DNA of 64,000 nt from Tubiluchus corallicola (GCA_030141605.1 JAQGDQ010000631.1:58320-122319), one strand, 5' to 3'. Shown: positions 24,603 to 39,278, numbered from the stretch's first letter. Notes: generated by a model not told the origin, from the letters alone. Made by a program: numbers and translations.

Positions 24603-24933
24603 TTTCTATACAAACTTAAGTTTATGCATACCATTACACTTAGCTGCTTGAAATTCTCAATAATTGTGTGGCAACTAGTTCATCGCTATCCCAGTGTGCA
24701 ACACTGGGTCACCAAAAGACACATTATTGATCTTATCGAAAACAAGAAGTAATTTAAACTTTTGTTTGTTTCTATACAAAGTTAAGTTTATGCATACCAT
24801 TACACTTAGTTACTTGAAATTCTCAATAATTGTGTGCCAACTAGTTCATCGCTATCCCAGTGTGCAACACTGGCTCACCAAAAGACACATTATTGATCGT
24901 ATTGAAAGCAAAAAGTAATTTAAACTTTTGTTT
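24603..24933. repeat. Tandem duplication of about 166 bp
   Basis: TTTCTATACAAA-TTAAGTTTATGCATACC starts at both 24603 and 24769. Confidence 0.9.
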
Positions 24934-25323
24934 AGTTAGCGAAGAGTGTGCAACGATTCTCCTGATTATTTTTCTAAGTTCATGCCATACTACCTAAACT
25001 CGCTTCAAATTACTTACCTGCGTAAAGATGGCTGCGACTAACGGTCATCGACGAGTTTAAATTTGCAAGTTTTATATACAGCGTTACTGCTAATGCAAGC
25101 CCTGCATGCAATAAGACAGCACGTAAGTGCGCAATAAGTTATGAAGGGCGTTTTCCTGTGTTTTAAATGAACCAAGCTACTGGTCTTAGAGACCCCTTTT
25201 TGGTATTTCCTAAATTTAAAGAACAATTGTCTATGTAAATTTACATCAATAACGTAGTCGAGATTGTCTGACATTTCTAAAAAATGTAGCTCTCTGTGTT
25301 TAAAAAATGTTTCTTCAGTGTAT

Positions 25324-25562
25324 TTAGGTTCAGAGCTAAATGTTTTTAAGCATTTACGTCAATAGCATAACTTAGGTTCAGAGATAAATGTTTTTAAGCA
25401 TTTACGTCAATAGCATAACTTAGGTTCAGAGATAAATGCTTTTAAGCATTTACGTCAATAGCATAACTTAGGTTCAGAGAAAAATGTTTTTAAGCATTTA
25501 CGTCAATAGCATAACTTAGGTTCAGAGATAAATGCTTTTAAGCATTTACGTCAATAGCATAA
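25324..25562. repeat. 48-bp minisatellite, 5 units
   Basis: TTAGGTTCAGAGATAAATGTTTTTAAGCATTTACGTCAATAGCATAAC repeated. Confidence 0.95.
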
Positions 25563-25772
25563 TTTGTATTTAGATTTAGAACAAACCTCTATAATTACTG
25601 CAATACTTTGATGTTGTAAGTTGTTCTCTACGACTACTCGTACTCGATGTTTCTGTACCATACCCCACCCCACCCCACCCACTCTCGTCCCCTAGCAAAT
25701 GTCAGCCAGCAGAATAGATCATTTAATCCTACGTTAAACGTTCATACTGTGTTTAGTCTATACTGTGATCTG

Positions 25773-26692
<920 letters not shown>

Positions 26693-26798
26693 GTGATCTG
26701 TGCACAAGAAGAAGTATTTAAATTGAAAATAAGATAATGTTTTTCTGAGACTTGCCATGCTCATAATCGTGAGAAAGACAAAGTGTCTCTTCTTTATC

Positions 26799-26838
26799 AT
26801 CAGCAGCTTTCGTCCTTTTACGGACTTCGTCAGTCGAA
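26799..26838 (-). ncRNA. Minimal type I hammerhead-ribozyme-like motif (degenerate)
   Basis: Minus strand reads CUGACGA-A-GUCC-GUAAAA-GGAC-GAAA-GCUG. The cleavage triplet appears mutated. Confidence 0.6.
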
Positions 26839-26862
26839 ATCTACATAGATCTTACAGCTGAG

Positions 26863-26901
26863 TTTAGCTGACGAAGTCCGCAAAGGACGAAAACTCCTGA
26901 T
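26863..26901 (+). ncRNA. Minimal type I hammerhead-ribozyme-like motif
   Basis: UUAG-CUGACGA-A-GUCC-GCAAA-GGAC-GAAA-ACUC-CUGA: core, 4-bp stem II, stem I UUAG/CUGA and a UC site. Confidence 0.65.
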
Positions 26902-26984
26902 CATCTCCGCGGGGAAATGTGAAAGATTAGACCTGCAACAAGATTTGAACTAGGGACCGCTCGGTTACTAGATCGCTAAAGTAA

Positions 26985-27560
26985 AATCGGTAGCTGTAGG
27001 TCAAAGCAATCCATTCTTTAAAATATTGAAAGGAAAGATACTATTTTTTTTAAAATGCTTTCCCTGAAATGCGTTTGCGCCACTAGTTCTTCGCTATTAC
27101 ATACATTTCGCCATTCGCTAGTTAGACGGGCGCTAGCGCCTGCATTTCGGAAAGCGTTGCATAGAAACTGGAGCTGTACCGCTCAGTTCAGACTTGTTAG
27201 TTTGTGACGAACTACACACGTTCGATAGCTTATGCGTGAGCACAGCGGTAAATTTGAAATTTGAATTTTTATCTTAAAACTTGCCTAATATTAGTACAAC
27301 ACACTGAATATCTTACAGTAGCACTGTACTTCAATTTTCTCTTTTGCAAACACGTTCAACACGCTCATGGAATATTTTTGCTGTTGAAAATTATGTTCGT
27401 TTGTGATGTCATAAATACTTGGACTCGCCCGCCGTTCATTAAGTTTTTAATCTATTATTTAATTATCAGAAACGCCATTACTGTATTTATTGTGTTAAAA
27501 TGTATACTTTTTATGGGAATTGAAAATGGGGTAGTGTATGAATAATCATCCTGTCTTCCT
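26985..27560 (+). mobile_element. Kolobok-like MITE family A, copy (a second partial 3' copy at about 27745-27920)
   Basis: Shares internal sequence (TAGTTAGACGGGCGCTAGCGCCTGC, CTCAGTTCAGA, ACACTGAATATCTTACAGTAG) with 40732-41329, 53833-54580 and 62610-63704. Confidence 0.7.
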
Positions 27561-28131
27561 TGGGATCAACTGCTGCGCGGGTATGACTTGCAACATTAAC
27601 ATCAGTAGCACTGCAAAGCAGTGGCGGCTCGTGTACAGGTACAGTGGAACTGCAGCACCCCCTATTATCACTCGATATTACCGATATTATTCAATATAAT
27701 AAGTCTTTTTTCTTTAGTTCTTTCTTTATTCTTGTACGAAATATTTTCTATGTTTAAAATTAGTTTGTGACGTCATGAATAGTTGGGCTCGACGGTCGTT
27801 AATTAAGATTTTAATCTGTTATTTAATTATCAAAACCGCTTTTGTGGTATAAATTGTGTTAAAATGTATAATTTATCGGACTTGAAAATGTGGTAGTATA
27901 TGAAAAATCATCCTGTCTACCTCTAAGTCTTTGAATCGTGCGTCTGACAGTCTTAAATTGTGTGAATTATGGCCAGATAATGGCGCTGTATCTACCATTG
28001 CTAACAATTTCATAAATTGATAAAAATGAGCTTAACTGAAAGAAGTTCAGGGTTTTTACAATCAAAACTTTTGATTGGTCTAATAGAATGATTTCGTTTA
28101 AGAAATTCTGCTTAACTATTTTTGTCTATAT

Positions 28132-28477
28132 TGTTACGGAGGTACCTGTGTCGGGTCAGGTGTAGGGCCCTCTACACGCCCTGCTTCCACGTCAGCAGCG
28201 ACTCACCCCTTATTTACAGGTGCAGACGTCTTGTTTGGGCCTACACGTGGTGTGAGAAGCCAGCTGACCTGGAATGCCAGTATAACAGCGTGTAGAGGTC
28301 ACTACAACCTTGATTTCTGACACAGGGGCTCCTCGGGTGTAGTGCTGTTACTGAGTTAGTTAGTGATTTTTTGTGCGTGTATTTTGTTCCCTATTTTTAT
28401 TAGTGCTGATAATAAACTCCGTACAGTGTAGTTTTTGTGTATTTTATTTTATGAGAGTTAAATGACATGCTATAACA
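28132..28477 (+). mobile_element. Candidate solo LTR
   Basis: TGTTA...TAACA termini, GC-richer 5' half, AATAAA near 28410. No convincing TSD. Confidence 0.45.
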
Positions 28478-29402
28478 GGTATATGGTACTAGTGGTTTAC
28501 AGACATTAATTTAGCTAATTAACATAACATTTGTAATTAAAATTGACATTTGTAGTTAAGTAATCAGTTACACAACGGTAGTAAAATGGATCTTCATGAT
28601 GCGCAATATCAAGACCGCCATGCCATCTTGGAGTTCGATCCGCTGAGTCGAATTCAGTCCACCATATTATATATTTTCAGATCTTAGTTTGAGGCTGACA
28701 ATTAGTGTTTGCGGAAATATTAAAATACTGATTTAGATTTTTACTTAGTTTATATGTTAAATATGTAAGCAATAATCCTTTTCACTGTTCCAGAGATTGG
28801 TGATTATCGTGAAAAGGTCAAAGGTCAAGTATACCAGATAATGCAGTCGCGTACACTTGACAGCGCCTCGCAGCCATGCCGTTGTAACAGAAACAGTTTC
28901 GTGAACCTTACCTAGTTCAGTTTTCCTTGTTCTCAAGCAAGATCCTGCTAGTAAATCACTCTACGCGCATACTAACGCATAATTAAGTAAAGTTCACGTA
29001 AAACAACTGCAGTTACTGAACTCATGCGGCAAACAGCTTTGCTTTACCTACACATCATGTGACGTTGTAGTTAAGACGCGTTGCTGTGTAACACTTAACC
29101 TTTGACCTGCAGCACTTACGCATGCGCACAGCGAAACTGTGAGAAGGCTTATTCTATTGAATTAGCTGAGCTATTTATTGGGTATTTATCAGAACTTAAA
29201 AGATTTAATCGTATTCTATACGTATTGCTGACTGATGTAAATATGATTTTATGAATCTTTTGTTTTAAAAAAATAAATTTTTTATTTACTAACTAATTAT
29301 GAAGAGTTTACTTATATCGATTTTAAGCTTTTCTTACGAGCACTTGAAACATTTATAGTTAAAACACTTCAACTTTATTAAACTTTTAATTTACATAGTT
29401 AA

Positions 29403-29456
29403 AAATCATGTCAAACGTTCGTACAGAGCTACTGTTGTCATCATCAGTGGTAAATT
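29403..29456 (-). ncRNA. Degenerate hammerhead-like motif
   Basis: Minus strand reads UUUACCA-CUGAUGA-UGACAACAGUAGCUCUGUAC-GAAC-GUUUG; one core A is missing. Confidence 0.5.
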
Positions 29457-29729
29457 TTGACAAACATACGACTAGTTTATGTACTCAGAGTCTACAGCAT
29501 AGAAAATTATGCACTAATTAAGCATTTTAACAAAAGCCAAATAGGTAATGAATAAGTAGACCAGTGAAACAGAAATTGATATAGTAAGATATGCATGCAA
29601 ATAACTTGGATTAATTAATAAAAGAAATCTTATCTATTTACCCCAATAAGCTTTCACTTAATGTACAAAGCAGTTCAATTCAAAAAACTTTATTCTTGAA
29701 CACTTAGCTGTTTGTTACTGCATCATTTT

Positions 29730-31365
29730 TTACTGGTCTGCTTAATCACTACGTATTTGGCTTTTTGTAAATACATAATTAGTGCACAATTTACTGTATC
29801 AATTTCTTTTCTACTGGTAGGCTTAATCATTACCTATTTGGCTTCTGTTAAAAACATAATTAGTACATAATTTACAGTATAAACTTCTTTTCTACCGGTC
29901 TGCTTAATCATTACCTATTTGACTTCTGTTAAATACATAATTAGTACATAATTTACAGTATAAACTTCTTTTCTACCGGTCTGCTTAATCATTATCTATT
30001 TGGCTTTTTTTTGTTTTTTTTTTGTTGTTTTTTTTGGTTTTTTTTTTTTTTTTGTAAATACATAATTAGTACATAATTTACTGTATAAACTTCTTTTCTA
30101 CCGGTCTGCTTAATCATTATCTATTTGGCTTTTTGTAAATACATAATTAGTGCATAATTTACTGTATAAACTTCTTTTCTACCGGTCTGCTTAATCATTA
30201 TCTATTTGGCTTTTTGTAAATACATAATTAGTGCATAATTTATTGTATAAACTTCTTTTCTACCGGTCTGCTTAATCATTACCTATTTGGCTTTTTGTAA
30301 ATACATAATTAGTGCATAATTTACTGTATAAACTTCTTTTCTACCGGTCTGCTTAATCATTATCTATTTGGCTTTTTGTAAATACATAATTAGTGCATAA
30401 TTTACTGTATAAACTTCTTTTCTACCGGTCTGCTTAATCATTATCTATTTGGCTTTTTGTAAATACATAATTAGTGCATAATTTACTGTATAAACTTCTT
30501 TTCTACCGGTCTGCTTAATCATTATCTATTTGGCTTTTTGTAAATACATAATTAGTACATAATTTACTGTATAAACTTCTTTTCTACCGGTCTGCTTAAT
30601 CATTATCTATTTGGCTTTTTGTAAATACATAATTAGTACATAATTTACTGTATAAACTTCTTTTCTACCGGTCTGCTTAATCATTATCTATTTGGCTTTT
30701 TGTAAATACATAATTAGTGCATAATTTCATCATAAAACTTCTTTTCTACCGGTCTGCTTAATCATTACCTATTTGGTTTTTGTAAATACATAATTAGTGC
30801 ATAATTTACTGTATAAACTTCTTTTCTACCGGTCTGCTTAATCATTATCTATTTGGCTTTTTGTAAATACATAATTAGTATAATTTACTGTATAAACTTC
30901 TTTTCTACCGGTCTGCTTAATCATTATCTATTTGGCTTTTTGTAAATACATAATTAGTACATAATTTACTGTATAAACTTCTTTTCTACCGGTCTGCTTA
31001 ATCATTATCTATTTGGCTTTTTGTAAATACATAATTAGTACATAATTTACTGTATAAACTTCTTTTCTACCGGTCTGCTTAATCATTATCTATTTGGCTT
31101 TTTGTAAATACATAATTAGTACATAATTTACTGTATAAACTTCTTTTCTACCGGTCTGCTTAATCATTATCTATTTGGCTTTTTGTAAATACATAATTAG
31201 TGCATAATTTACTGTATCAATTTCTTTTCTACAGGTCTGCTTATTCATTACCTATTTGGCTTTTTGTAAATACATAATTAGTGCATAATTTATTGTATCA
31301 ATTTCTTTTCTACATGTCTGCTTATTCATAACCTATTTGACTTTCTGTTAATACATAATTAGTTC
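29730..31365. repeat. 81-bp satellite, about 20 units
   Basis: AAATACATAATTAGTGCATAATTTACTGTATAAACTTCTTTTCTACCGGTCTGCTTAATCATTATCTATTTGGCTTTTTGT; period 81 (30121 to 30202). Confidence 0.97.
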
Positions 31366-31419
31366 ACAATGTTCAATACTGCAGGCTCTGCCTACATAAA
31401 CTGGTTGTTCGTTCGCAAG

Positions 31420-31474
31420 AATTTACCACTGACGATGGCAGCAGTACCTATGTCGAAACGTTTGACGTAATTTT
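31420..31474 (+). ncRNA. Minimal type I hammerhead-ribozyme-like motif
   Basis: UUUACCA-CUGACGA-U-GGCA-GCAGUACCUA-UGUC-GAAAC-GUU-UGA, with palindromic AACGUU in place of stem III. Confidence 0.65.
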
Positions 31475-32932
31475 AACTATGTAAATTAAAAGCTGTAACA
31501 AAGCTGTGACGTTTTAACTACAAATATTAAATTTATTTTCATAAAGACTCTAACGAGTTGTAGCTTAAAATAAGCAATTTTATTTAGTCTTTCCACAAAA
31601 AATTTATTAGACAAATAAAATAAATCTTCATTTTATATCGTAGACATATAATAATATTTACAGAAGATAGGCTAGCATATAAGCAAAACCACAAATTACT
31701 ACAACAGGTATAGGCCTACATATATATATTAAGTACGTACATATATATTCTGTATTGACATATTTGCTGTAACAATAGCAATCAAAGTGATTGAGCAACA
31801 TACTTACAACATAATATGTAAAACAGAAAGTGTTAAAGAATAGAATCTGACTTATCTAACAAGAAACATGTTATTCAGCGTAAGTACTCAACGTTATCCA
31901 AGTACTCAACGTTATCCAAGTACTCAACATAATCCAAGTACTCAACGTTATCCACACACTATATGAATTTTTTTTAAATAATGTTTGTTCTTTTTGCAAT
32001 TAAATACACGTGTTCGGCGATAAAATGGACAAAATTTACCAAATGCGCCAAGATATGGACTCGTGTGCAACTGCAGTTGGTACGTCGTAAAATTTATGGG
32101 CCATTCAAATAGTTTTATTTCCGTCATTTTATAATATAAAAAGCTCACGAGTTCAAACCCATAAATGGTTTTATGATTTTATGTTCTCTTTATGAAAAAT
32201 GCTTCAGTTATATTTTTTGTTACACTTCGTCAAAAAGTTTATTGTCTGAGTGAACTAATTCATTTGTGATCAAATACTGAACTTTCAGCGTGAGGTTAAT
32301 ATCAATTACAATAAGAACGCCGCTTTGTAATGGCAGAAGGTCTAGGGTTCGAATCTCAGTGGAAGTGCCATACTTTTTCAGACTTTTTAATTTAGCAGTG
32401 CTTTTGTGCATTTGTATGATGTACATTCTGGCTCTCGACGACAGCACTTATGTTTAATGTAGACGCCTATGACGGGACCGGTACCTAGTTGATTCTCAAG
32501 GTCAATCCCCTAAAACGAAACACTAGGCACGCAGATATGACTAAGTTACGTTCCTAGACGTTTAAGCAATATATTCTCCTCGATAAGAATTTGGTGAATG
32601 GGGTAGTAAGAAAAATGACTCATCCATTTACTACTTAGGCCTAGTGTTGCTTAACTTCACGGCCAAGTACATGCCTCTCCCTCCCCTTGAAAAATTACTC
32701 TCAGACGTTCTGAAATAATATTAACAAAGTGATTTAATTCCATTCCACATAAATTCCAGTACGTATAAATTACATTATGATGATTATGCTGATAATACAA
32801 AGGTGATTCGATGCATTATCAACATAGTTATTAGAATGTCTTTATACGGAAGAGTTATTTTCCTGGTTCGTGACTTGAATTTGAAACGGTAAAAATTCCA
32901 ATCGTTTTACTTTCTACTGTGGATATCTAGAG

Positions 32933-33423
32933 CAGGGGTGTGCAAATTGCGGCCCACCGAGTGAATTTGTGCGGCCTGCGAAGAGATTTGTCAACCTAAT
33001 GAAAGTGCGGCCCGCACTTTGAATTGAGTGTATTGAGTGTATCCAGCTGAAGTCCGTGCCACGATCCCAAAGATAGTGCGGGTAGTTTTTTCTACTAGAT
33101 CGGATGCCATTAACCCTTACAAGACGGTTGTAGCTTAATGTCACTGTACTACACAGACTGTGTGATACACATTACTAATATACATTGTAATGAAATTACC
33201 ACGATCTGTAGTGAAAGTATAAATATATGGTTTGTAATATAAATTTTAATAACTTCTAAAATAGTTTCTTGAGTGTAGTGTTAATGATGTACGCAGGTCG
33301 GATGCAAAAAAATCGTTATTAGGCCTTTCTGTACTTGGCTGCTTGATCAAACTGCCTGTGGCCCGCAAGAATTGCGGGAAAGTTTAATGTGGCCCGGCTA
33401 GTCAGATAATTTGCACACCCCTG
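32933..33423. mobile_element. hAT (Charlie-like) MITE
   Basis: 16-bp TIR CAGGGGTGTGCAAATT / AATTTGCACACCCCTG, subterminal GCGGCCC repeats, perfect TSD ATCTAGAG (an NTCTAGAN-type target). Confidence 0.93.
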
Positions 33424-33643
33424 ATCTAGAGTGAAATGAGGCGGAAAATACAGCGCGTGGCTAAACCGTCAAACAAAATTACGGCTTAGTACAGTACATA
33501 CATCTTCGTTGCATAACTTAGCAGGCGGAAAATTTTCATTTATGAATAAGAATTTTAAAGATCACGAATTTACGATAGATAATCCTTCTTCTACGCTGCT
33601 AAGGTTTGTTTCGTAATAGCATGCTTTCCAGAAAACTGCTAAC

Positions 33644-34040
33644 TAGGGTTGAGCATTCTCTACCAGAAAGCGAATTCGAATCGAACGGAATTTGTGACTT
33701 TCGAATTCGAATCTAACCGAACTTCAGTGTTTCGAATTCGAACCGAATTCGAATTGAGATCGAAAGATTTTCGAACCACCAGCAAAAATTAGTCTTACAA
33801 AGATCATGCATATCACTAGATTTTGTTCTGCAATGAAACGACTAGTAATTTGTTTTAAAATTGTGTGCAGAAATCACAGGTAAATTATGCTAATTGCATG
33901 ATGTTTCGATCGTTTTAATGATCAGGAACATGTGTGATTGAAGTGCTGAATTATTCGTGTCTACAGTTTTGGATTCCAATCGAGTTCGAACTAACAAAAA
34001 CTCGTTCGACTCGAATTCGAGCGTTCGATGCTCACTCCTA
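33644..34040. mobile_element. hAT (Ac-like) MITE with TTCGAA subterminal repeats
   Basis: TAGGGTTGAGCAT / ATGCTCACTCCTA termini, perfect 8-bp TSD CTGCTAAC, TTCGAA clusters at both ends. Confidence 0.9.
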
Positions 34041-34320
34041 CTGCTAACTGCAGTCGACACCATGAAATTTAAAACTGGAGTCGAAATTCAGGAAGTTTGA
34101 AAATCGTCAGTATGGTTTTCGTTTTTCTGCACCAGGTAGCCACCTGCACGTATCCTTAGTATTTTAAGTTGCTGGTAAGATCTTGTGCGTGAGGTTAAAC
34201 CGTTAAACGAATTTCTAACCTGGCACAGTATATACCTCTTCGTTGTTTCCACACTTGGCATGCGGAAACTTTTAGTTTGTGAATAAGAATCTTCAACAAG
34301 ACGAATTTATGATAGATAAA

Positions 34321-34992
34321 CAGGGTGCATAAGATTATGGATATGTATAAAATAAATAAAATAGCTTATTTTATGGATTTTTGAAACTTTATTTTATGGA
34401 TATCAATAAAATAAGAAATAGACTATATCTGGAACGAGATGCCCAGGGGGAAATCAATTAAAAAGTAAAAACAGGAGTGCTTGAAACGTGTTTTTAAACA
34501 CGCAGAACTTAGTTTTAATTTTATCGGTTTCCTTTTAATTTTATCGGTTTCATATCACTTCAAATTTAGTCAAATTTTACGAGACAATGCCTTGTAATTC
34601 ATCACTTCAGTTCAAATAATTCGTCTATTAAACAGACACTCTACAGAGAGTACGTCTCTGGTGGCTGGGTCTCTCTCAGCTATTTTCAGACCGAACTCCA
34701 GCTCATGCTTTGGTTGAAACTTCGCCATCTTGATAACAAAAAGACAATGAGAAAAAAAACAATGTAAAATGGCAAATCCGGAAATTCGCTTTTGTTGGTT
34801 TGTTTTCTTTCTCTTTCTCTCCTTCTAACGTTCGTTTTCAGTGTTGCCAATGCTTACAACTCGTTACTTTGTACAAAAAATCACAAAAATTTTTTTTTTA
34901 TTTTATGCATTTCTTATTTTATGGATTTTTCAAATTTTATTTTATGGATTTTTGGTCTTATTTTATGGATATCCATAATCTTATGCAGCCTG
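34321..34992. mobile_element. hAT-like MITE
   Basis: CAGGGTGCATAAGATTATGGATAT / ATATCCATAATCTTATGCAGCCTG; TSD TAGATAAA / TAAATAAA; subterminal TTTTATGGAT repeats. Confidence 0.88.
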
Positions 34993-35738
34993 TAAATAAA
35001 CCTCCTTCTATGCTGTAAGGGTGTCTATTGTAATAGCGTAATAGCGTGATTTCCAGGAAACTGTTGATTGCAGTCGACACGTCGCAATTTAAAGCTGGTT
35101 CAAATTATTACTAGTCGAAATTCAGCCGGTTTGTCAACTAGAAAAGCGTCCGTCTGGTTTTCGTTTTTCCGCACCAGGTAGAGCCACCTGCACGTATTCT
35201 TAGAAATACATTTGAATTTGCTGATAAGGTTTTGCGTGAGGTTAAACCGTTGAACGAATTTCCATTCTAGTACAGTACACCCTTCTTTGTTGTCTGCACA
35301 TTTAGCATACTGTAGCTGACACGGGGAAAATTTTGGTTTTTGAATAAGAATTTACAAAATTTCGAATTCATGACAAATAACCCTTCTTGTCTCTGTAAGG
35401 GCGTGTATTGTAATAAAAGTGCTAACTGCAGTCCACACGTTGCAATTTAAAACTGATTCAAATTATTACTAGTCGAAATTCAGCAATTTGTCAGTTTGAG
35501 AAGCGTCCGTCTGGTTTTCGTTTTTCTGCACCAGGTAGAGCCACCTGCACGTATCCGAGAAAATGAAATCTAAGACTGTTTTGTCTGGTAGAATTGTTGA
35601 TGAGATGGTTGCTCCATTACTTTAAAGGAAAATTAAAGGAAACTTTTAATACTAGCTGTTGTATTGACTTTTGAGTTTCTGCAAAAAAGAAGCTAATGTA
35701 TTGGCTTTGGTTTTGAAACAATTAAAAATATTAGTTAA

Positions 35739-36370
35739 AGGACAAGAAAAGGGTACCTAAAGTAGGTTTCAGAAAGATCGTGTTAAAAAACTATATTACT
35801 TTACAGCATTTTTATGCGTATATCGTACTCGTGTTGAAAGGAATTTTTGTTTGCTTGCATTTTAAATCTCCATCAAGACTGTTTCGATGGCGCCATTACA
35901 TGACGTCATATACGCACAACGTATATCAGAGGAAGAAAAGGAAATGTTAAATTATGTCCGAAGAAAATTCCATGCAAAGCTATGTTACTTAGCATTTTGC
36001 TTACCTACTTGAAAGACTTATGTAACTAGAAATTGTTAATTATTTAGAAGGTTTTTATCATTGATAAAATATCATTGAATCACCCGCCAGGGTGCGCCAC
36101 TCACGAACCAAAAACGGATTTTTAATCTTACTGACAAGATACAGTAATTGAAAATTTTTACTTAATTACTGACATGTGCGCTACGAACGCTCTGATTATG
36201 TTTTCAAATTTCTAAACTTGTTTGAAACGACCTACCATTAAAATGGCGCTTAACAGTCCTGGCGAGAGTTTAAACTTATAAGTTCTAGGCAGCGTTACTG
36301 CCAACGCAAGTCCTGCCTGCAAAAAGGCAGTATGTAAGCTCTATGTAAGTGGAGTATTTTCTTGTGCTTC
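35739..36370 (+). mobile_element. Kolobok-like MITE family B
   Basis: TTAA-AGGACAAGAAAA start; inverted homologue of 51888-52541. Confidence 0.75.
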
Positions 36371-36808
36371 ATGTCGACATAGATTCAGTTGATCATGTTT
36401 AAGACAACACTGATATACCACTAAATGAAATTGCTTTAGCTGCTAACAGCCGCACCACGCAACTTAACTGTACTATAGATTTAATTGTCACGCATGCGCA
36501 CACACTTGTGCGTCTATGCGCATGCGCGGCAGTTAATGTAGACAGGAACCCTATTCTCAATATCAGTAATCAATTATAAGTTTTTTATTGCTTGAGCGAA
36601 TGTTGTTCAACTGCTTAAAGCTTTTCGTTTTTTGTTTGCTTTCCGAATTTTTGCTTGTATTACAGTTCTCTTCGCAGCTGGGTAAACTTTGTTCTTGTTC
36701 TGTCAGGTTACGGGAAAAACTGAAACGAAAAAAAAACAGTTTACTATTTCATGAAAATCAAATATGCAGCGAAGAGACGGAGTAAAATGGGAAATATGGG
36801 GGTACATG

Positions 36809-37214
<406 letters not shown>

Positions 37215-37669
37215 TTGATGTCAGACAGCGAAAGTGTTTTTATAATAAGTTTATCAACGCATATGATACGATATGATGCGACGATACAGTACAATATAAT
37301 ACAACCTGTAGTATAATATTACAATACAATAATATACAATCTGTAGTATAACATAATACAATACATCACAACATAATACGATGCAATCCTATATACTGTT
37401 TACTACTCTAAACTGTATACTATATACTACATACTATATACTATGTAGTAAGTACTTTTAAGCATCAGTATCACGTACCGGAAAGTTTAAAATCAATCAA
37501 ACATTTCTTCTTTAGTCAAAAACTGTGATTTGTTGCGTGGTGCGCACCCTGGCGGCCGAATTACACGACGATACGTACGACACAGATTAGGTGACGTTGA
37601 GGTAATATCATGGAGTACAATTGTTGTAGCCTGAGTGAGACCGTTTTTTACTGGCTGAAAAAAGAACCG

Positions 37670-38570
37670 CTTTTAACAACTGGAAAACTGTTTCAACAAC
37701 ATGAAAACTGCTTTAACGAATTGCAAACTGTTTTTAACAACTGGAAAGCTGTTTCAACAACTTGAAAACTGTTTTAACGAATTGCAAACTGCTTTTAACA
37801 ACTGGAAAACTGTTTCAACAACTTGAAAACTGTTCTAACGAATTACAAACTGTTTTTAACAACTGGAAAGCTGTTTCAACAACTTGAAAACTGTTTTAAC
37901 GAATTGCAAACTGTTTTAACAACTTGAAAGCTGTTTCAACAATTTGAAAACTGTTTTAAAGAATTGCAAACTGTTTTTAACAACTGGAAAGCTGTTTCAA
38001 CAATTTGAAAACTGTTTTAACGAATTGCAAACTGTTTTTAACAACTGGAAAACTGTTCTAACTAATTGCAAACTGTTTTTGGCAACTGCAAAACTGTTTT
38101 AACGAATTGTAAACTGTTTTTAACAACTTGAAAACTGTTTTAACGAATTGTGAAACTGTTTAATGAATTGCAAACAGTTTTAACGAATTGTGAACCTGTT
38201 TAACGAATTGTCAAGCTATTTTAACGAATTGTGAAACTGTTTTAATGAATTGTGAAACTGTTTAACGAATTGTGAAACTGTTTTAACGAATTGTGAAACT
38301 GTTTTAACGAATTGTGAACCTGTTTAACGAATTGTGAAACTGTTTTAATGAATTGCAAACTGTTTTTAACAACCGGAAAGCTGTTTCAACAATTTGAAAA
38401 CTGTTTTAACGAATTGCAAACTGTTTGTAACAAAAGCAAAACCGCTTTTAACAACTACAAAACTGTTTAACGAATTTTAAAACTGTTTCTAGAAACTGCA
38501 AAGCTGTTTCAACACTGGAAAACTGTTTTAACGAATTGTATCACTGTTTTTGAAAACTGCAAAATTGTTT
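37670..38570. repeat. 21-22-bp minisatellite with partial higher-order structure of about 64 bp
   Basis: Monomers AACTGTTTTAACGAATTG(C/T), AACTGTTTTTAACAACTGG and AGCTGTTTCAACAAC(T/A)TG. Confidence 0.9.
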
Positions 38571-38629
38571 TTGTACCACGCACGCTGGCTCATTTTAGTT
38601 AAGGTGCAACGTCTCTATTTCTTTCATTC

Positions 38630-39278
<649 letters not shown>

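Larger units (their letters stand above)
29345..31530. mobile_element. Non-autonomous Penelope-like structure: inverted hammerhead-bearing termini enclosing an 81-bp satellite
   Basis: About 29345-29590 is an inverted, diverged copy of about 31260-31530. Both ends carry hammerhead-like cores. A related copy lies at 60545-61985. Confidence 0.7.
33445..35556. repeat. Old three-unit tandem repeat of about 320 bp, interrupted by two MITEs
   Basis: TAAACCGT...GAATAAGAAT...CAGTC(G/C)ACAC...TGGTTTTCGTTTTT...CACCAGGTAG(A)GCCACCTGCACGTAT occurs three times, ending near 34153, 35196 and 35554. Confidence 0.8.

Noticed and set aside
32315-32380. tRNA gene suggested by a GGTTCGAATC B-box
   Set aside because: No A-box or cloverleaf can be built. 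At most this is a tRNA-SINE remnant.
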